Source of the DNA: an uncultured Spirochaetota bacterium
GTDB lineage: Bacteria; Spirochaetota; Brevinematia; Brevinematales; JAOACQ01
Length of the DNA: 64,000 nt
Assembly (NCBI GenBank): GCA_963835575.1
Contig: CAWIGG010000002.1
Coordinates: 832,001 to 896,000 of the forward strand
Direction: 5' to 3'
The position numbers and the translations under genes are program-made. Below, piece after piece: positions 30,414 through 40,532 of this stretch (positions are counted from its first letter, which is position 1; each line of letters opens with the position of its first letter). The notes under the pieces are model-generated. The model saw only the letters and a list, made by a program, of their open reading frames with translations, was not told the origin of the DNA and searched no databases.

Positions 30414-31166
30414 ATAAATCATTTTCTTTGTCATACCGCCGTCAACCATGAAATTTGCGCCGGTGATAAAAGAATTACCGGGAGAAGCCAAGAATAGGGC
30501 CAGGGACGCTATGTCCTGAGGCATGCCGGCCCTTCCTGCGGGGTGCTGCAGTTGATCGGCTTTCGAAAGATCAGCGTTATACCGGCCGGATTTCTTTTTC
30601 CATCCGCTGACATCAATCCAGCCCGGGCTGATGCTGTTTACCCTGACATCCGGCCCCAGGCTGAGCGCCAGCGCATGGGTCAATGCGGCAATGCCGCCTT
30701 TTGATGCCGTGTAAGCTTCCGTATCCGGTTCAGACATAAAAGCCCTTGTCGAGGCAATGTTGATGATACAGCCCTTGTTTTGCTTTAAATAAGGGGCCGC
30801 ATATTTTGAACAGAGGAAAGGGCCGGTCAGGTTTACGGAAATAACGCGGTTCCATTCATTAAGAGATAGTTCATTGATGGATTTATTTATGGCAATCGCA
30901 GCGTTATTGACCAGAATATCTATTCTTGTGAAAATTTCAATTGTTTTATTGATCATTGTTCTGACAGATGATTCGTCGGAGACATCGGTCCTGATGAATT
31001 GAAGCCGGTCCGCCAGGTTTAATTCTGCGGCTGTCTCATTGCCCGCCTCTTCATCCAGCTCGGCAATAATAACATTCATTCCATCTGAAAGGTATGCCTG
31101 TGCAATGGCTTTTCCGATTCCCTGTCCCCCGCCGGTGATGACAGCTGTTCTTGTTGATCTATCCAT
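30402..31166 (-). CDS. Short-chain dehydrogenase/reductase
   Basis: TGGGQGIG, NNAA, catalytic YTASK, VDGGMTKKMIY. Confidence 0.95.
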   Translation of the reverse strand: MDRSTRTAVITGGGQGIGKAIAQAYLSDGMNVIIAELDEEAGNETAAELNLADRLQFIRTDVSDESSVRTMINKTIEIFTRIDILVNNAAIAINKSINELSLNEWNRVISVNLTGPFLCSKYAAPYLKQNKGCIINIASTRAFMSEPDTEAYTASKGGIAALTHALALSLGPDVRVNSISPGWIDVSGWKKKSGRYNADLSKADQLQHPAGRAGMPQDIASLALFLASPGNSFITGANFMVDGGMTKKMIYGQL

Positions 31167-31252
31167 ATAAGCCTCCAGATACCATAATATATATTTCGTA
31201 ATATATTTTTCATTTTTTCTGTTAATAGTTATATTATAATAAAGGGCGGTTT

Positions 31253-31307
31253 ATCCCTCACCAGTTTGTCGAGCCGCACCAAAGATGCTGACAAACTGGT
31301 GAGGGAT
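31253..31307. repeat. CCCTCACCA-type palindrome
   Basis: atccctcaccagtttgtc ... gacaaactggtgagggat perfect 18-bp arms; related to the insert at 8011-8061. Confidence 0.8.
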
Positions 31308-31369
31308 GGAAACGCCTAAAATATTGTACTTAGAGAATAAGATGTTCTTAATTCTCTAATATTTTGTTG

Positions 31370-31462
31370 GTTTTTAGAACTGTCCTTGATTTATTGGTCT
31401 GAAGATAAATTATAATTCTCGATTAAGGGCAGTTCAAAAACATTGGCTATTGGAACTGCCTT
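31370..31462. repeat. Additional MITE-family termini: an orphan TIR at 31370-31385 and a mini-element at 31427-31462
   Basis: gtttttagaactgtcc; ttaa-gggcagttcaaaaa...tggaactgcctt-ttaa. Confidence 0.7.
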
Positions 31463-31541
31463 TTAATAATTATAAATATTTCAGCGGATAAGAGCAATTT
31501 TCCGGAAAAGATTGATCAAATTTATAAAAGGAGAAATTATT

Positions 31542-32081
31542 ATGAAAAAACCAGGTCCTATTAAAAAGAAAGGCCGCATCAGCAGGGATGATACTCTTGT
31601 TTCAGAAAAAATGCTGAGGGACGCGGTGCATAAAATACTGACAAAAGTTAAGCTCGACCGGTCATGGGATATTCCCTATCTGGCCGGATACAGCCGCAGC
31701 GGCAGAACAATTTATATTGACAGGCACCTGCCGAAATATTTAAAGTTCAAGGGTAAAACCTACAATGTAGACCCGTTTCTCATTCTGCATGAATCTGTTG
31801 AAAAATCCCTCCTGGATGAATTGGGGCTTCACTATCAGCATGCGCATCAGATAGCTCTGCGCGCCGAGGAAGCCGCTGTCAGGGCAGCGGGAATTAAATG
31901 GAGGGTTTATGACAGGTTTATGCAGCAATATATTAAGTGCGCGGGTCATGAAAACCTGCGGAAAATACCCCCGGAACTGGATATTAAGCCGTATCACGAC
32001 GAAAAAGATACCGCTTTGCTGTTAAAGATGCAGAATACGATAAAAAAAGAGCTGTCAAAGAAGATAAAACATAATGGCTGA
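31542..32081 (+). CDS. Hypothetical protein with a HExxE...YxHAH putative metal-binding motif
   Basis: RBS AAGGAG; LILHESVEK...GLHYQHAHQIA. Confidence 0.7.
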   Translation: MKKPGPIKKKGRISRDDTLVSEKMLRDAVHKILTKVKLDRSWDIPYLAGYSRSGRTIYIDRHLPKYLKFKGKTYNVDPFLILHESVEKSLLDELGLHYQHAHQIALRAEEAAVRAAGIKWRVYDRFMQQYIKCAGHENLRKIPPELDIKPYHDEKDTALLLKMQNTIKKELSKKIKHNG

Positions 32082-32092
32082 TTTTCAGGATT

Positions 32093-34153
32093 TTATTCCT
32101 TTATCTTGATCACTTCCTGCTGTTCTCCAAAGATCGTATTGGGGATGAATAATTCGGGAATAAAATATCCCGTATCGTCAACACCCATCAGGTCTTTATA
32201 TTTAACTTTGATATGCACGTTCACCCAGAAGTTTCTCAGGCCTTTGAGATTAAGCCCCTGGTAGCTGATGATATATTCCAGTGGAGGTGCGTTTTTTATC
32301 TCGGTATAAAGACCCAGAATTTCTTTTAAATTTTTTATTGAATAATATCTGCCGTAGGTTTCTTCCGTAATCCTTTCAAATATCTCCTTATTTTTATCGG
32401 TAAAGTTGATGACATAAATCGGTACGGCATTTTGTTTCGCATAAGTCGAGAGCATATCCGGGTCATAATCCGAGAAAGTAGATTCGCCGATTTCCCCGGT
32501 TGTGAATAATATGATCGCTTTATTTCTATTAATATTTAAAAGTTCTGTGACCGCGTTATGAATCGACTTATCGAGGTTTTGGGGATACTGGCCCTGGTAC
32601 GGGAACTTTTTAACAAAATCAATCGGATGAAGCAGGCTGGCCGGCGTCTTTCCGGAACTTTCCAGAGCATTGTTGACGACGATCATATCCAGCCAGTCAT
32701 TGCCGGTCGCTTTTGTGAGAAACGCGGAAACAGTTTCGATCAGTTCCGGATCAAATTCCTGCATCGGCAGGCTTTTATCAATAATAATTTTAGCGTACAT
32801 ATTGTTCCTGTATTCATATGTTGAACCCAGCCGGATAAAAGGTATTTCGGTCCCTTCTTCATATATAAAGACATTATCTTCTTTTAGATTATAAACTGGT
32901 TTACCCACTTTATCCCAGACTCTCAAATGGATTATATTCCTCGGATATGAACCCAGCCATATCTGTGAAACCTGAATGCCTAAATTAGCGTATTGAAGCT
33001 GAAGAGGGTTGAAAATAGCGATATTAGGCGTATTAAAATCGGTTTCATACAGGATATTTTTAGAATCAAGGCAGATATCAAAGGGGAAATGGACTTTATC
33101 CTGATCAACATTGAACTTTTCCAGGACTTTACTGACCGTATCATAAAAATACAATCCTTTTTGAGCATCGGCGATAAAAAGTTTATTGCCTTTTAAAAAA
33201 AGGCCGCGGGGTTCCTGCAGAACGCCGTCGCCGATTGATTCCAGCATATTTCCGAAAGTATCAAAAGCGGCAATTCTTTTATTGAAAGAATCTGAAACAT
33301 AAATGATATTGTCTTTACCGGCGACATCCGTCGGTCTTTTCAGGACTCCTTCGCCGATGCTCTGGATCCATTCTCCCTTTAAGTCAAATTTCTGGATCCG
33401 GTCGTTGCCGTTATCGACTATGAAAAGATATTCTTCGCCTGATATGTAAAGTCCCATGGGCCCGGCTATATTTGTCGAAGCAATACCTCTGGAGCCGAAC
33501 CTGCTCAGATATTTACCGTCCCTGTCAAAAATATAGATCTTATCCGCTTTATAATCGGCAATATAAATCTTATCATCAAATAAACATATTCCGGTGGGCA
33601 TATCGAATGAAGATAAATCGCCGAAATTCCTGCCGATTTCCCTGACCGGCCGTCCGGTGCTGTCAATTTCAACGACATATTTTGTTTTAGTGGAGGAAAT
33701 AATAAGTGAATCGTTTTTTTCATCATAGATAATAAAAGAAGGCCTGTCAATTTTATTCATTCCGTTGTCCAATCCGTTATATAATTTTGAAAAAATATAC
33801 GGATTCGAATAATCATAGCTTTTATCAATGGATAAACGGAAATAGAGGTCATTCAGCTTCTGCTTGACCTCATAGGAAGTTCCGCCTAATTGCACCAGGT
33901 TTTCCCATTCATTAATGGCGTTTTTTGCGTAGCCGGAATTGAGATAAGCGCAGCCGAGATAATAACGCGCTTTATAATTAAGCGGCTGGAAAGAAAGCGC
34001 TTTTGAAAAGAGCTGTACAGACGCTTCATATTCCCGGTTATAAAAACGGATCATGCCGCTTTTAAAGTTCTTTTCCGACATTATTTCGTTGATTGTCTGG
34101 GGAAAAACAATATTACCTGAAAGCAGCAGTAAAATAATTAATTTAATTTTCAT
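32093..34153 (-). CDS. Exported TPR + NHL beta-propeller + vWA-like protein
   Basis: Signal peptide, TPR (ARYYLGCAY), NHL repeats (P.G...IVDNGNDRIQKF), vWA-like IIIDKS..M, AIILFTTG, PIYVINF. Confidence 0.8.
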   Translation of the reverse strand: MKIKLIILLLLSGNIVFPQTINEIMSEKNFKSGMIRFYNREYEASVQLFSKALSFQPLNYKARYYLGCAYLNSGYAKNAINEWENLVQLGGTSYEVKQKLNDLYFRLSIDKSYDYSNPYIFSKLYNGLDNGMNKIDRPSFIIYDEKNDSLIISSTKTKYVVEIDSTGRPVREIGRNFGDLSSFDMPTGICLFDDKIYIADYKADKIYIFDRDGKYLSRFGSRGIASTNIAGPMGLYISGEEYLFIVDNGNDRIQKFDLKGEWIQSIGEGVLKRPTDVAGKDNIIYVSDSFNKRIAAFDTFGNMLESIGDGVLQEPRGLFLKGNKLFIADAQKGLYFYDTVSKVLEKFNVDQDKVHFPFDICLDSKNILYETDFNTPNIAIFNPLQLQYANLGIQVSQIWLGSYPRNIIHLRVWDKVGKPVYNLKEDNVFIYEEGTEIPFIRLGSTYEYRNNMYAKIIIDKSLPMQEFDPELIETVSAFLTKATGNDWLDMIVVNNALESSGKTPASLLHPIDFVKKFPYQGQYPQNLDKSIHNAVTELLNINRNKAIILFTTGEIGESTFSDYDPDMLSTYAKQNAVPIYVINFTDKNKEIFERITEETYGRYYSIKNLKEILGLYTEIKNAPPLEYIISYQGLNLKGLRNFWVNVHIKVKYKDLMGVDDTGYFIPELFIPNTIFGEQQEVIKIKE

Positions 34154-34165
34154 AATTATAACCTT

Positions 34166-34711
34166 TTAATATTTATTATAAAGCGTGTAAAAATACTCGT
34201 TTTCTTTTTCCGCGATTTCACTTGAGTAGAGAATAACGCTGGTTTCATTATTATCCGCGACGGCCGACTCAGTCCAATTATGGCTTCCAATAATTGATAT
34301 ATTTCCATCAATCACTATCATTTTTGAGTGGGTTGTTATGGACGGGGGATCAATTTTAAAATGCATCCCGTTCTGCTTTAAATAGTTGGTTGTCTGCGGA
34401 TAGTCGCCGGCTGTAATGTCGTCCAGCAGTATTTTCACGTCCACTCCTTTTTTATATGCCTGAACCAGGTCTTTTATCAAATCATTTGCTTTGTAGGCGC
34501 TGTTAGCCTCTTCGTATTTCATCGCATACATTATAATAAATACACTGCTTTGAGCGCTGCCGATCAAATCCAGGACCCTGGGCAGATAATCCTGATTGTT
34601 GATCAGCTCAACTTTTCCCTGATATGTGCCGTCGGGAGGGGTGTCTTTAAAACTGCATGTAAAAAATAATAACAGCAATAGGATGCTTATAAAACAAACT
34701 GCATTTTTCAT
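34166..34711 (-). CDS. Phospholipase D/Nuc-like lipoprotein with a single HKD motif
   Basis: HSKMIVID...GSHNWT...NNE; lipobox FFTC. Confidence 0.88.
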   Translation of the reverse strand: MKNAVCFISILLLLLFFTCSFKDTPPDGTYQGKVELINNQDYLPRVLDLIGSAQSSVFIIMYAMKYEEANSAYKANDLIKDLVQAYKKGVDVKILLDDITAGDYPQTTNYLKQNGMHFKIDPPSITTHSKMIVIDGNISIIGSHNWTESAVADNNETSVILYSSEIAEKENEYFYTLYNKY

Positions 34712-34873
34712 TTTTTAATCCTGATGATAAATGCAAAAAATACTAACCCAATAATCGGGCAATTTATTTTTTATTTATCTATAAGTTTATTAATAAGCTT
34801 TTATTAAAAAATCACTCAATTTATATTATCCATATTTTATAACATAATTAAAAAAAAATAAAATATCGGGCTT

Positions 34874-35476
34874 CTAACGCGCCATGTTTGAAAGAATGAT
34901 CTTAATGATATCCTCGACTTCTTTATCTTTTATTTCAGCGGAAGAGGCAAATGCGGAATCTATCGCGCGCCTGGATTCATTATCATAATAGCCGAGGACA
35001 CGCAGGGCCATAAGGATTTCCATTTTTTTCTTTTCTGTCGTGTTGGTAATAGGCAGGGAATCGCCGATCTGAAGCTTCTTAATTTTGTCTTTGAGCTCCA
35101 GGATTATACGGGACGCAGTTTTACCGCCGACCCCTTTTACCTTACTCAGGACCGATTCATTTCCTGTGATGATGGCGTTCCTGATCTCAGAAGCCGTCAG
35201 TTCGGAGAGTATTTTCAGGCTTTGCTTGGGACCGATGCCGGAAACTGTCATGAGGCTTTCAAACAGCCTTCTGTCTTCAAGGGCAAGAAAACCGACCAGA
35301 TAAATATCGTCTTCGCGGACGATCATTTTTGTAAAAAGTGTCGCGGTATTGCCTGATTCCTGCAGTTTATGAAAAACGGATTGCGGTATCATAATTTCAT
35401 AAGCTATTCCGCCTGCTTCAATGACGGCCATATTTTCATCTTTATGGATAAGAGTGCCGGATATGGAGTAATACAT
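34874..35476 (-). CDS. ruvA: Holliday junction branch migration protein RuvA
   Basis: VRED..L.GF, LMTVSGIGPK, VKGVGGKTASRIILELKDK, ALRVLGY. Confidence 0.96.
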   Translation of the reverse strand: MYYSISGTLIHKDENMAVIEAGGIAYEIMIPQSVFHKLQESGNTATLFTKMIVREDDIYLVGFLALEDRRLFESLMTVSGIGPKQSLKILSELTASEIRNAIITGNESVLSKVKGVGGKTASRIILELKDKIKKLQIGDSLPITNTTEKKKMEILMALRVLGYYDNESRRAIDSAFASSAEIKDKEVEDIIKIILSNMAR

Positions 35477-35524
35477 GTTTTTTCCTTTATTGTTTTAATT
35501 GGTAATTAAATAGAATATAACATT

Positions 35525-35552
35525 ATTATAGGGTAAATATTCCTATTGTCAA
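35525..35552 (-). promoter_or_regulatory. Sigma70 promoter upstream of ruvA
   Basis: TTGACA-16 bp-TATAAT on the minus strand. Confidence 0.65.
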
Positions 35553-35688
35553 TTAAGATGAGGAAAGAAGGGATTTTGTATCACTGGGCAGAGACGGATA
35601 GAAGAAAACTATTTGTAATAAATTGTTTATAGCCGGATAAATTTATTTTTTGATATAATACTTCATAAAAGCCGGCGAAGTTTTTATT

Positions 35689-35717
35689 TTGACTGTTTTA
35701 AACGTGTGTTCTATAAT
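35689..35717 (+). promoter_or_regulatory. Sigma70 promoter upstream of the acyltransferase
   Basis: TTGACT-17 bp-TATAAT. Confidence 0.7.
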
Positions 35718-35770
35718 CTTAACTTATTATTATTTACCGTTAACCGGATTTTTATAAAGAATCTGGCGAA

Positions 35771-36919
35771 TTGGAGGAACATTTATCAATAATGAAGAAA
35801 TTTAATTGGGTTTTAACGAATATTTTAAAATTTGACAATCCATTGAAACTGGAACAGGTCCTGAAAAAAGGGAATAATAATTTTGACTTTATCCGTTTTG
35901 TCGCGGCTATGATGGTGATTTTTGGGCATGCCTTTGCGCTCCATCCCTCAAACGGATTGATTGATCCCCTTACCACATTAATCGGGTTCAGTTTCAGCGG
36001 TGGAATCGCCGTTTGTATTTTCTTTTTTATCAGCGGCATGCTGATAACAGCCAGTTATCATAATTCCAACAGCCCGATGCATTTCATTATCATGCGTTTT
36101 TTCAGGATATGGCCGGCTTTATTTATTTGTACTCTTTTAACAGTTTTTGCGGCGGGGCCAATTGTATCAGTCATCGGGCAAAAAGCTTATTTCAATTCTC
36201 CGGATACATGGATGTATCTGATCTCTAATTCTGTATTAAAAATGAAATATAATCTACCGGGTGTTTTTGATCATAATTTGATCCCGAATACCGTCAACGG
36301 TTCTTTATGGACTTTGCCTCTTGAAATCAAGTGCTATATCGGAATTTTATTAATCGGGCTGGTCGGTTTGATAAGGAATAAAATATGGATTGTGGCAGTC
36401 ATCCTAGCCCTGTTCGCCAGTTATATAGTTTTCCCCGCCTTTTTATTAAAACTGGCCGGATCGGAAGGCGGTTTATTGTTCTGCGCTTTTTTCGGAGTTG
36501 GGGTTCTTTTCTTCTATTTCAGAAAATATATTATTCTGGATTACAGGATATTATGTTTATTGTTTGTTTTATGGCTGGCGCTCCGGTTTACGCCATTATA
36601 CCAGATAGGTTTTTTTATTTTCCTGGTTTATTCAGTGCTGATGGCCGCGAGTTCGAAGACTGTAAGGAAAATAAATCTGTATGGCGATTATTCCTACGGG
36701 ATCTATATTTACGGGTATTTAACCCAGCAGATAACGGCTTTCTATCTGCCGGGCATGAGTTCCTATTTGAGCATGCTCATTACGATGCCGGCTTCGCTGG
36801 TACTGGGATTTTTGTCCTGGCATCTGCTGGAACATAGGGCCCTGGACCTCGGCAAGCACATCCATATCAATTTCAGGAAATTGATCGGTTTTTTCAAACC
36901 CGCAAAGGACAAGGTATAA
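35771..36919 (+). CDS. Acyltransferase-3 family O-acetyltransferase
   Basis: FDFIRFVAAMMVIFGH, FFFISG, RFFRIWP, NGSLWTLPLE, DYSYGIYIY; the true start may be ATG 35792. Confidence 0.92.
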   Translation: MEEHLSIMKKFNWVLTNILKFDNPLKLEQVLKKGNNNFDFIRFVAAMMVIFGHAFALHPSNGLIDPLTTLIGFSFSGGIAVCIFFFISGMLITASYHNSNSPMHFIIMRFFRIWPALFICTLLTVFAAGPIVSVIGQKAYFNSPDTWMYLISNSVLKMKYNLPGVFDHNLIPNTVNGSLWTLPLEIKCYIGILLIGLVGLIRNKIWIVAVILALFASYIVFPAFLLKLAGSEGGLLFCAFFGVGVLFFYFRKYIILDYRILCLLFVLWLALRFTPLYQIGFFIFLVYSVLMAASSKTVRKINLYGDYSYGIYIYGYLTQQITAFYLPGMSSYLSMLITMPASLVLGFLSWHLLEHRALDLGKHIHINFRKLIGFFKPAKDKV

Positions 36920-36949
36920 AGTTAATAAAACACCTGATATCTTTTTATT

Positions 36950-38275
36950 TTATTCCAATTTATCCGGTACTTTATAGACATTCCTTTTGATCGAATCAGC
37001 CAGGATGCTTTCAGCCGTCCCTTTTTCCACCGGCCAGGCCAGCGGGCCCAATCCTGTCCCGGTTTCTTTCCATTTCTTGAAATTCTGGACCAGTTCTTCT
37101 CTGTGGTTTTGTATGGATTTCATTTTCAGGGTGTAGGAGAAAGCGCAGAAAACGACGGCCGAACATAGTCCGGAGTAGAATACGGCCTTCTTCCATTTTT
37201 CAGGGATTATTTCAATTAACGAAAGGTAGGAAACAATTAAAAAGAGTATTGTCAATACACGGTAGCGTGAGCTGACGGCTGTAATCATTCCCAAATCCAA
37301 ACGTGTTACTGCAGCCCCGGCGGCGGAAATGAATAAAAAAAACAATATGGTGTAGAGAAACAGATTCTTTTTATAATAAGCCGTAATGGTTAAGAAGATG
37401 AAATAAGCGGAAATTAAAATCCCGGCGGCAATGGGGACGGCCTTAAGAAAAAACTGCAGAAGCCCGCTTCCCTGCGTATAAATGGAACTGTTTTCATTCA
37501 CTCCGAAATTATTGCCTATAAAGGTAAAAAAGTACAAAAGATAAGATGGAATTTTCAGTATGGAAAAATTTATACTACTACCACTTTGGAGATCATAAAA
37601 GAAATAAAAAATAACGGAAAGTATTGTAAAAATAGACCAGACAATTCCTTCCTTTACCCGTTTCTGATAAAATAAAACTGGAATACCAAGAAAAAGAAAA
37701 ATGAGTCCATTTGCTTGAGTTAAAAAAGACATAATACTAAAGAAAATAGCTAAAAGAAAAGGAATAAGGCCATTTTTATAATTGATTAGAAGTAATAATG
37801 AGAGAAGGCCGAAACTCATTATATAAAAATTTCCGATGGAAGCCATTGCCTGATAGATATTTTCGCTGTACATGGGTTGAAAAAAAAGAAATGCAATTGG
37901 AAGAAAATAAAGAGTTTTGTCATTTTTTAACTGAAAATCTTTGTATAATGTCAAGAATATGACAAGCAACCCCAAATTTCCAATTATAATCATATATTTA
38001 AAATTGATTATTCCTTCGATTTGGTAAAGAAATAAGGAAATAATATGGGTGAAGAATGGTATTTGCCCATAATGCTTTTGAAAAATAAGATTAATTTTGT
38101 CAGAAAAATGATGACTATCTATGAAATTGTTTAAAAATAAAAGTACGGAAGTATAATCATCTCTGAAAGGTAGATTGACAGCATAAATGAAAATAAATGT
38201 GAAAAAAAACAGAATCGGAAAAGAAATAATTATCCAGTTTGCACTCTTTTTAAGTGGTAAATTCTTTTCAAGCAA
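36950..38275 (-). CDS. Polytopic membrane protein, GT-C/GtrC(WxcO)-like
   Basis: Many TM helices, N-terminal NLPFRDDY loop, SSRY motif; adjacent to GtrA/GtrB-like genes. Confidence 0.55.
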   Translation of the reverse strand: MLEKNLPLKKSANWIIISFPILFFFTFIFIYAVNLPFRDDYTSVLLFLNNFIDSHHFSDKINLIFQKHYGQIPFFTHIISLFLYQIEGIINFKYMIIIGNLGLLVIFLTLYKDFQLKNDKTLYFLPIAFLFFQPMYSENIYQAMASIGNFYIMSFGLLSLLLLINYKNGLIPFLLAIFFSIMSFLTQANGLIFLFLGIPVLFYQKRVKEGIVWSIFTILSVIFYFFYDLQSGSSINFSILKIPSYLLYFFTFIGNNFGVNENSSIYTQGSGLLQFFLKAVPIAAGILISAYFIFLTITAYYKKNLFLYTILFFLFISAAGAAVTRLDLGMITAVSSRYRVLTILFLIVSYLSLIEIIPEKWKKAVFYSGLCSAVVFCAFSYTLKMKSIQNHREELVQNFKKWKETGTGLGPLAWPVEKGTAESILADSIKRNVYKVPDKLE

Positions 38276-38528
38276 AAATCTTTCCTATTTTAAATTAGTC
38301 AAGCCTGAAAAACCCATATTCAGGCGACTTGATATAACTCTATGATTTTTCGATTTCCAAAAACCAAATAATAAATCAGGCGCAAGAAAACCCGCAAGAG
38401 CCTTTCTTGAATTAAATCCAGCCGGACAATATGGCGTTCATATTATCACTATCTTCTCTAGCGAAATAATTAGATTTATTTTAAATAAGTTTATTTTATA
38501 TAGCAAATTATTATTTAAAAACTATATT

Positions 38529-38557
38529 TTGACGCTTTTTAATAGATATACTATAAT
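38529..38557 (+). promoter_or_regulatory. Sigma70 promoter of the GNAT-gtrB-gtrA operon
   Basis: TTGACG-17 bp-TATAAT. Confidence 0.7.
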
Positions 38558-38621
38558 CATTTGTGGTTTTTTAATAAATACATTTTATAAATGGGAAATA
38601 TGCTGTGGAGGTTCATAACCT

Positions 38622-39152
38622 TTGGAAATATTAGGCAAAAATATTTTATTAAGAACGGCAGAAATTGAAGATGCCGATTTTATTTTAAAATTGCGGCTGG
38701 ATTCTACACTGAATAGGTTTTTATCAGCTGTTGAAAGTGATGTGGAAAAGCAAAAAGAATGGCTAAAAAAATATAAAGAAAAAGAGATATTAGGGAAAGA
38801 ATATTACTTTATCATTGAGAATAAACATAACCTTAGATTTGGAACAGTCCGTGTTTATGAAATCCAGAATGATTCATTTACATGGGGAAGCTGGATTATC
38901 CAGAAAAATTCTCCGATTACTTTTTCAATTGAATCGGCAATCATGGTTTATGACTTTGGATTTTATTCTTTAGGACTAAGACGGTGTCGTTTTGAAGTAA
39001 TGGTTGAAAATAAAGCAGTAGTCAATTTTCATAAAAAATTTGGAGCCTGTGTTAAAGAAGAGAAGGAAGGATTTGTTTATTTTGAATTGATGAGAGATCA
39101 GTATCCGACGATTCGTAAAAATTACGAAAAATATTCATTGCCTATTAGTTAA
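38622..39152 (+). CDS. GNAT N-acetyltransferase, likely acting on an NDP-amino sugar
   Basis: DADFILKLR, GTVRVY, WGSWII, N..VVNFHKKFGA. Confidence 0.8.
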   Translation: MEILGKNILLRTAEIEDADFILKLRLDSTLNRFLSAVESDVEKQKEWLKKYKEKEILGKEYYFIIENKHNLRFGTVRVYEIQNDSFTWGSWIIQKNSPITFSIESAIMVYDFGFYSLGLRRCRFEVMVENKAVVNFHKKFGACVKEEKEGFVYFELMRDQYPTIRKNYEKYSLPIS

Positions 39153-39179
39153 TATTTTGACTATGGGCAAGGAGATTTT

Positions 39180-40133
39180 GTGAATAAAAAGAAAAATAAA
39201 CTATCCATAGTCATTCCAGTCTATTATAATGAATTGAATATTCCCTATACAGTACCCCGTCTGCAAAAACTGCAGAAGATTCTATCGGACACAGAGCTTG
39301 AGTTTGTCTTTGTGGATGACGGTTCGGGAGACAGGTCTTTGGAACTACTGCTGAATGAACAGAAAAAGGACAGGAGAATAAAAGTTGTTAAACTGAGCAG
39401 GAATTTCGGTTCCATGTCAGCGATAGCGGCCGGACTGCATTATGTTACAGGCGATTGCATCGGGATTATAGCCGCGGACCTCCAGGACCCTCCTGAATTA
39501 TTTAAGGACATGGTCCGTCTCTGGGCGGAAGGCAAAAAGGTCGTCATTGCTGTAAGAAAAGACAGGGAAGAATCATTTTTTAAAAAAATATTTTCCGGTT
39601 TATATTATGCTTTGATGCGGAAGTTCGCGATCAAGGATTATCCCAAAGGCGGCTTTGATTTTCTTCTCATAGACCGTCAGGTTGTGGAGGAAGTCAACCG
39701 GATTAATGAAAAGAATACCAATATAATGAGTTTGATATTCTGGCTGGGCCATGATCGGGCCGCTATTCCTTATGTGAGACAAAAAAGGGGGCTTGGAAAA
39801 TCCAGATGGACATTATTCAAGAAAATAAAACTTTTCGTTGATTCCTTTGTGGCGTTTTCATACGCGCCCATCCGGATCATATCGATGATCGGAATGATAA
39901 CCTCCATCTTAAGCATCTGTTACGGCATTTTCGCGATAATTAATTCTCTTACAGGCAGGATAAAGATAGAGGGCTGGGCCAGCGTAATCACTGTTGTTAC
40001 TTTTCTGCTGGGCCTCATTATCATTATGCTGGGTGTAATCGGCGAATACCTCTGGAGGATATTGGACGAGGCAAGAAAACGGCCCGTCTATTTAGTCGAT
40101 AAGGTATTTATTAGAAATGAAAATAAACGCTGA
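39180..40133 (+). CDS. GT2 bactoprenol glycosyltransferase (GtrB-like)
   Basis: SIVIPVYYNE, FVDDGS, LSRNFG, ADLQDPPE, two C-terminal TMs, GEYLWRI...RP.Y. Confidence 0.92.
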   Translation: MNKKKNKLSIVIPVYYNELNIPYTVPRLQKLQKILSDTELEFVFVDDGSGDRSLELLLNEQKKDRRIKVVKLSRNFGSMSAIAAGLHYVTGDCIGIIAADLQDPPELFKDMVRLWAEGKKVVIAVRKDREESFFKKIFSGLYYALMRKFAIKDYPKGGFDFLLIDRQVVEEVNRINEKNTNIMSLIFWLGHDRAAIPYVRQKRGLGKSRWTLFKKIKLFVDSFVAFSYAPIRIISMIGMITSILSICYGIFAIINSLTGRIKIEGWASVITVVTFLLGLIIIMLGVIGEYLWRILDEARKRPVYLVDKVFIRNENKR

Positions 40134-40524
40134 AGTCATCCATGAGTTTATCAAATTTATTATTGTTGGTTTAATCAATACCGGGGTGTCCTATCTGATC
40201 TATCTGCTCCTGGTTTTATTTCTTCCCTATGCCGCTGCCTTTACAATCTCTTATATCCTGGGTATCCTGATTTCTTATGTATTAAATTCAGTCATTGTCT
40301 TTAAAGCCCGGCTTAATTTTAAAGCCTTGCTTCAATTTCCGGTTGTTTATCTTATCCAGTATCTATTGAGTATGGGAATAGTTTTTATCTGCGTGGAATA
40401 TTTCAGGATCGGCAAGATCATTCCGCCGTTAATCGCGAGCGCGGCCGTGATACCGGTGACATTTCTGCTCAGCAGGACTTTATTAAAGAGATATAAAAAG
40501 AGTTCGATGGATTCCCCGAAATGA
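40117..40524 (+). CDS. GtrA-family flippase
   Basis: KFIIVGLINT, four TMs, SYVLNS..VFK. Confidence 0.9.
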   Translation: MKINAEVIHEFIKFIIVGLINTGVSYLIYLLLVLFLPYAAAFTISYILGILISYVLNSVIVFKARLNFKALLQFPVVYLIQYLLSMGIVFICVEYFRIGKIIPPLIASAAVIPVTFLLSRTLLKRYKKSSMDSPK

Positions 40525-40532
40525 GTGGAAAA

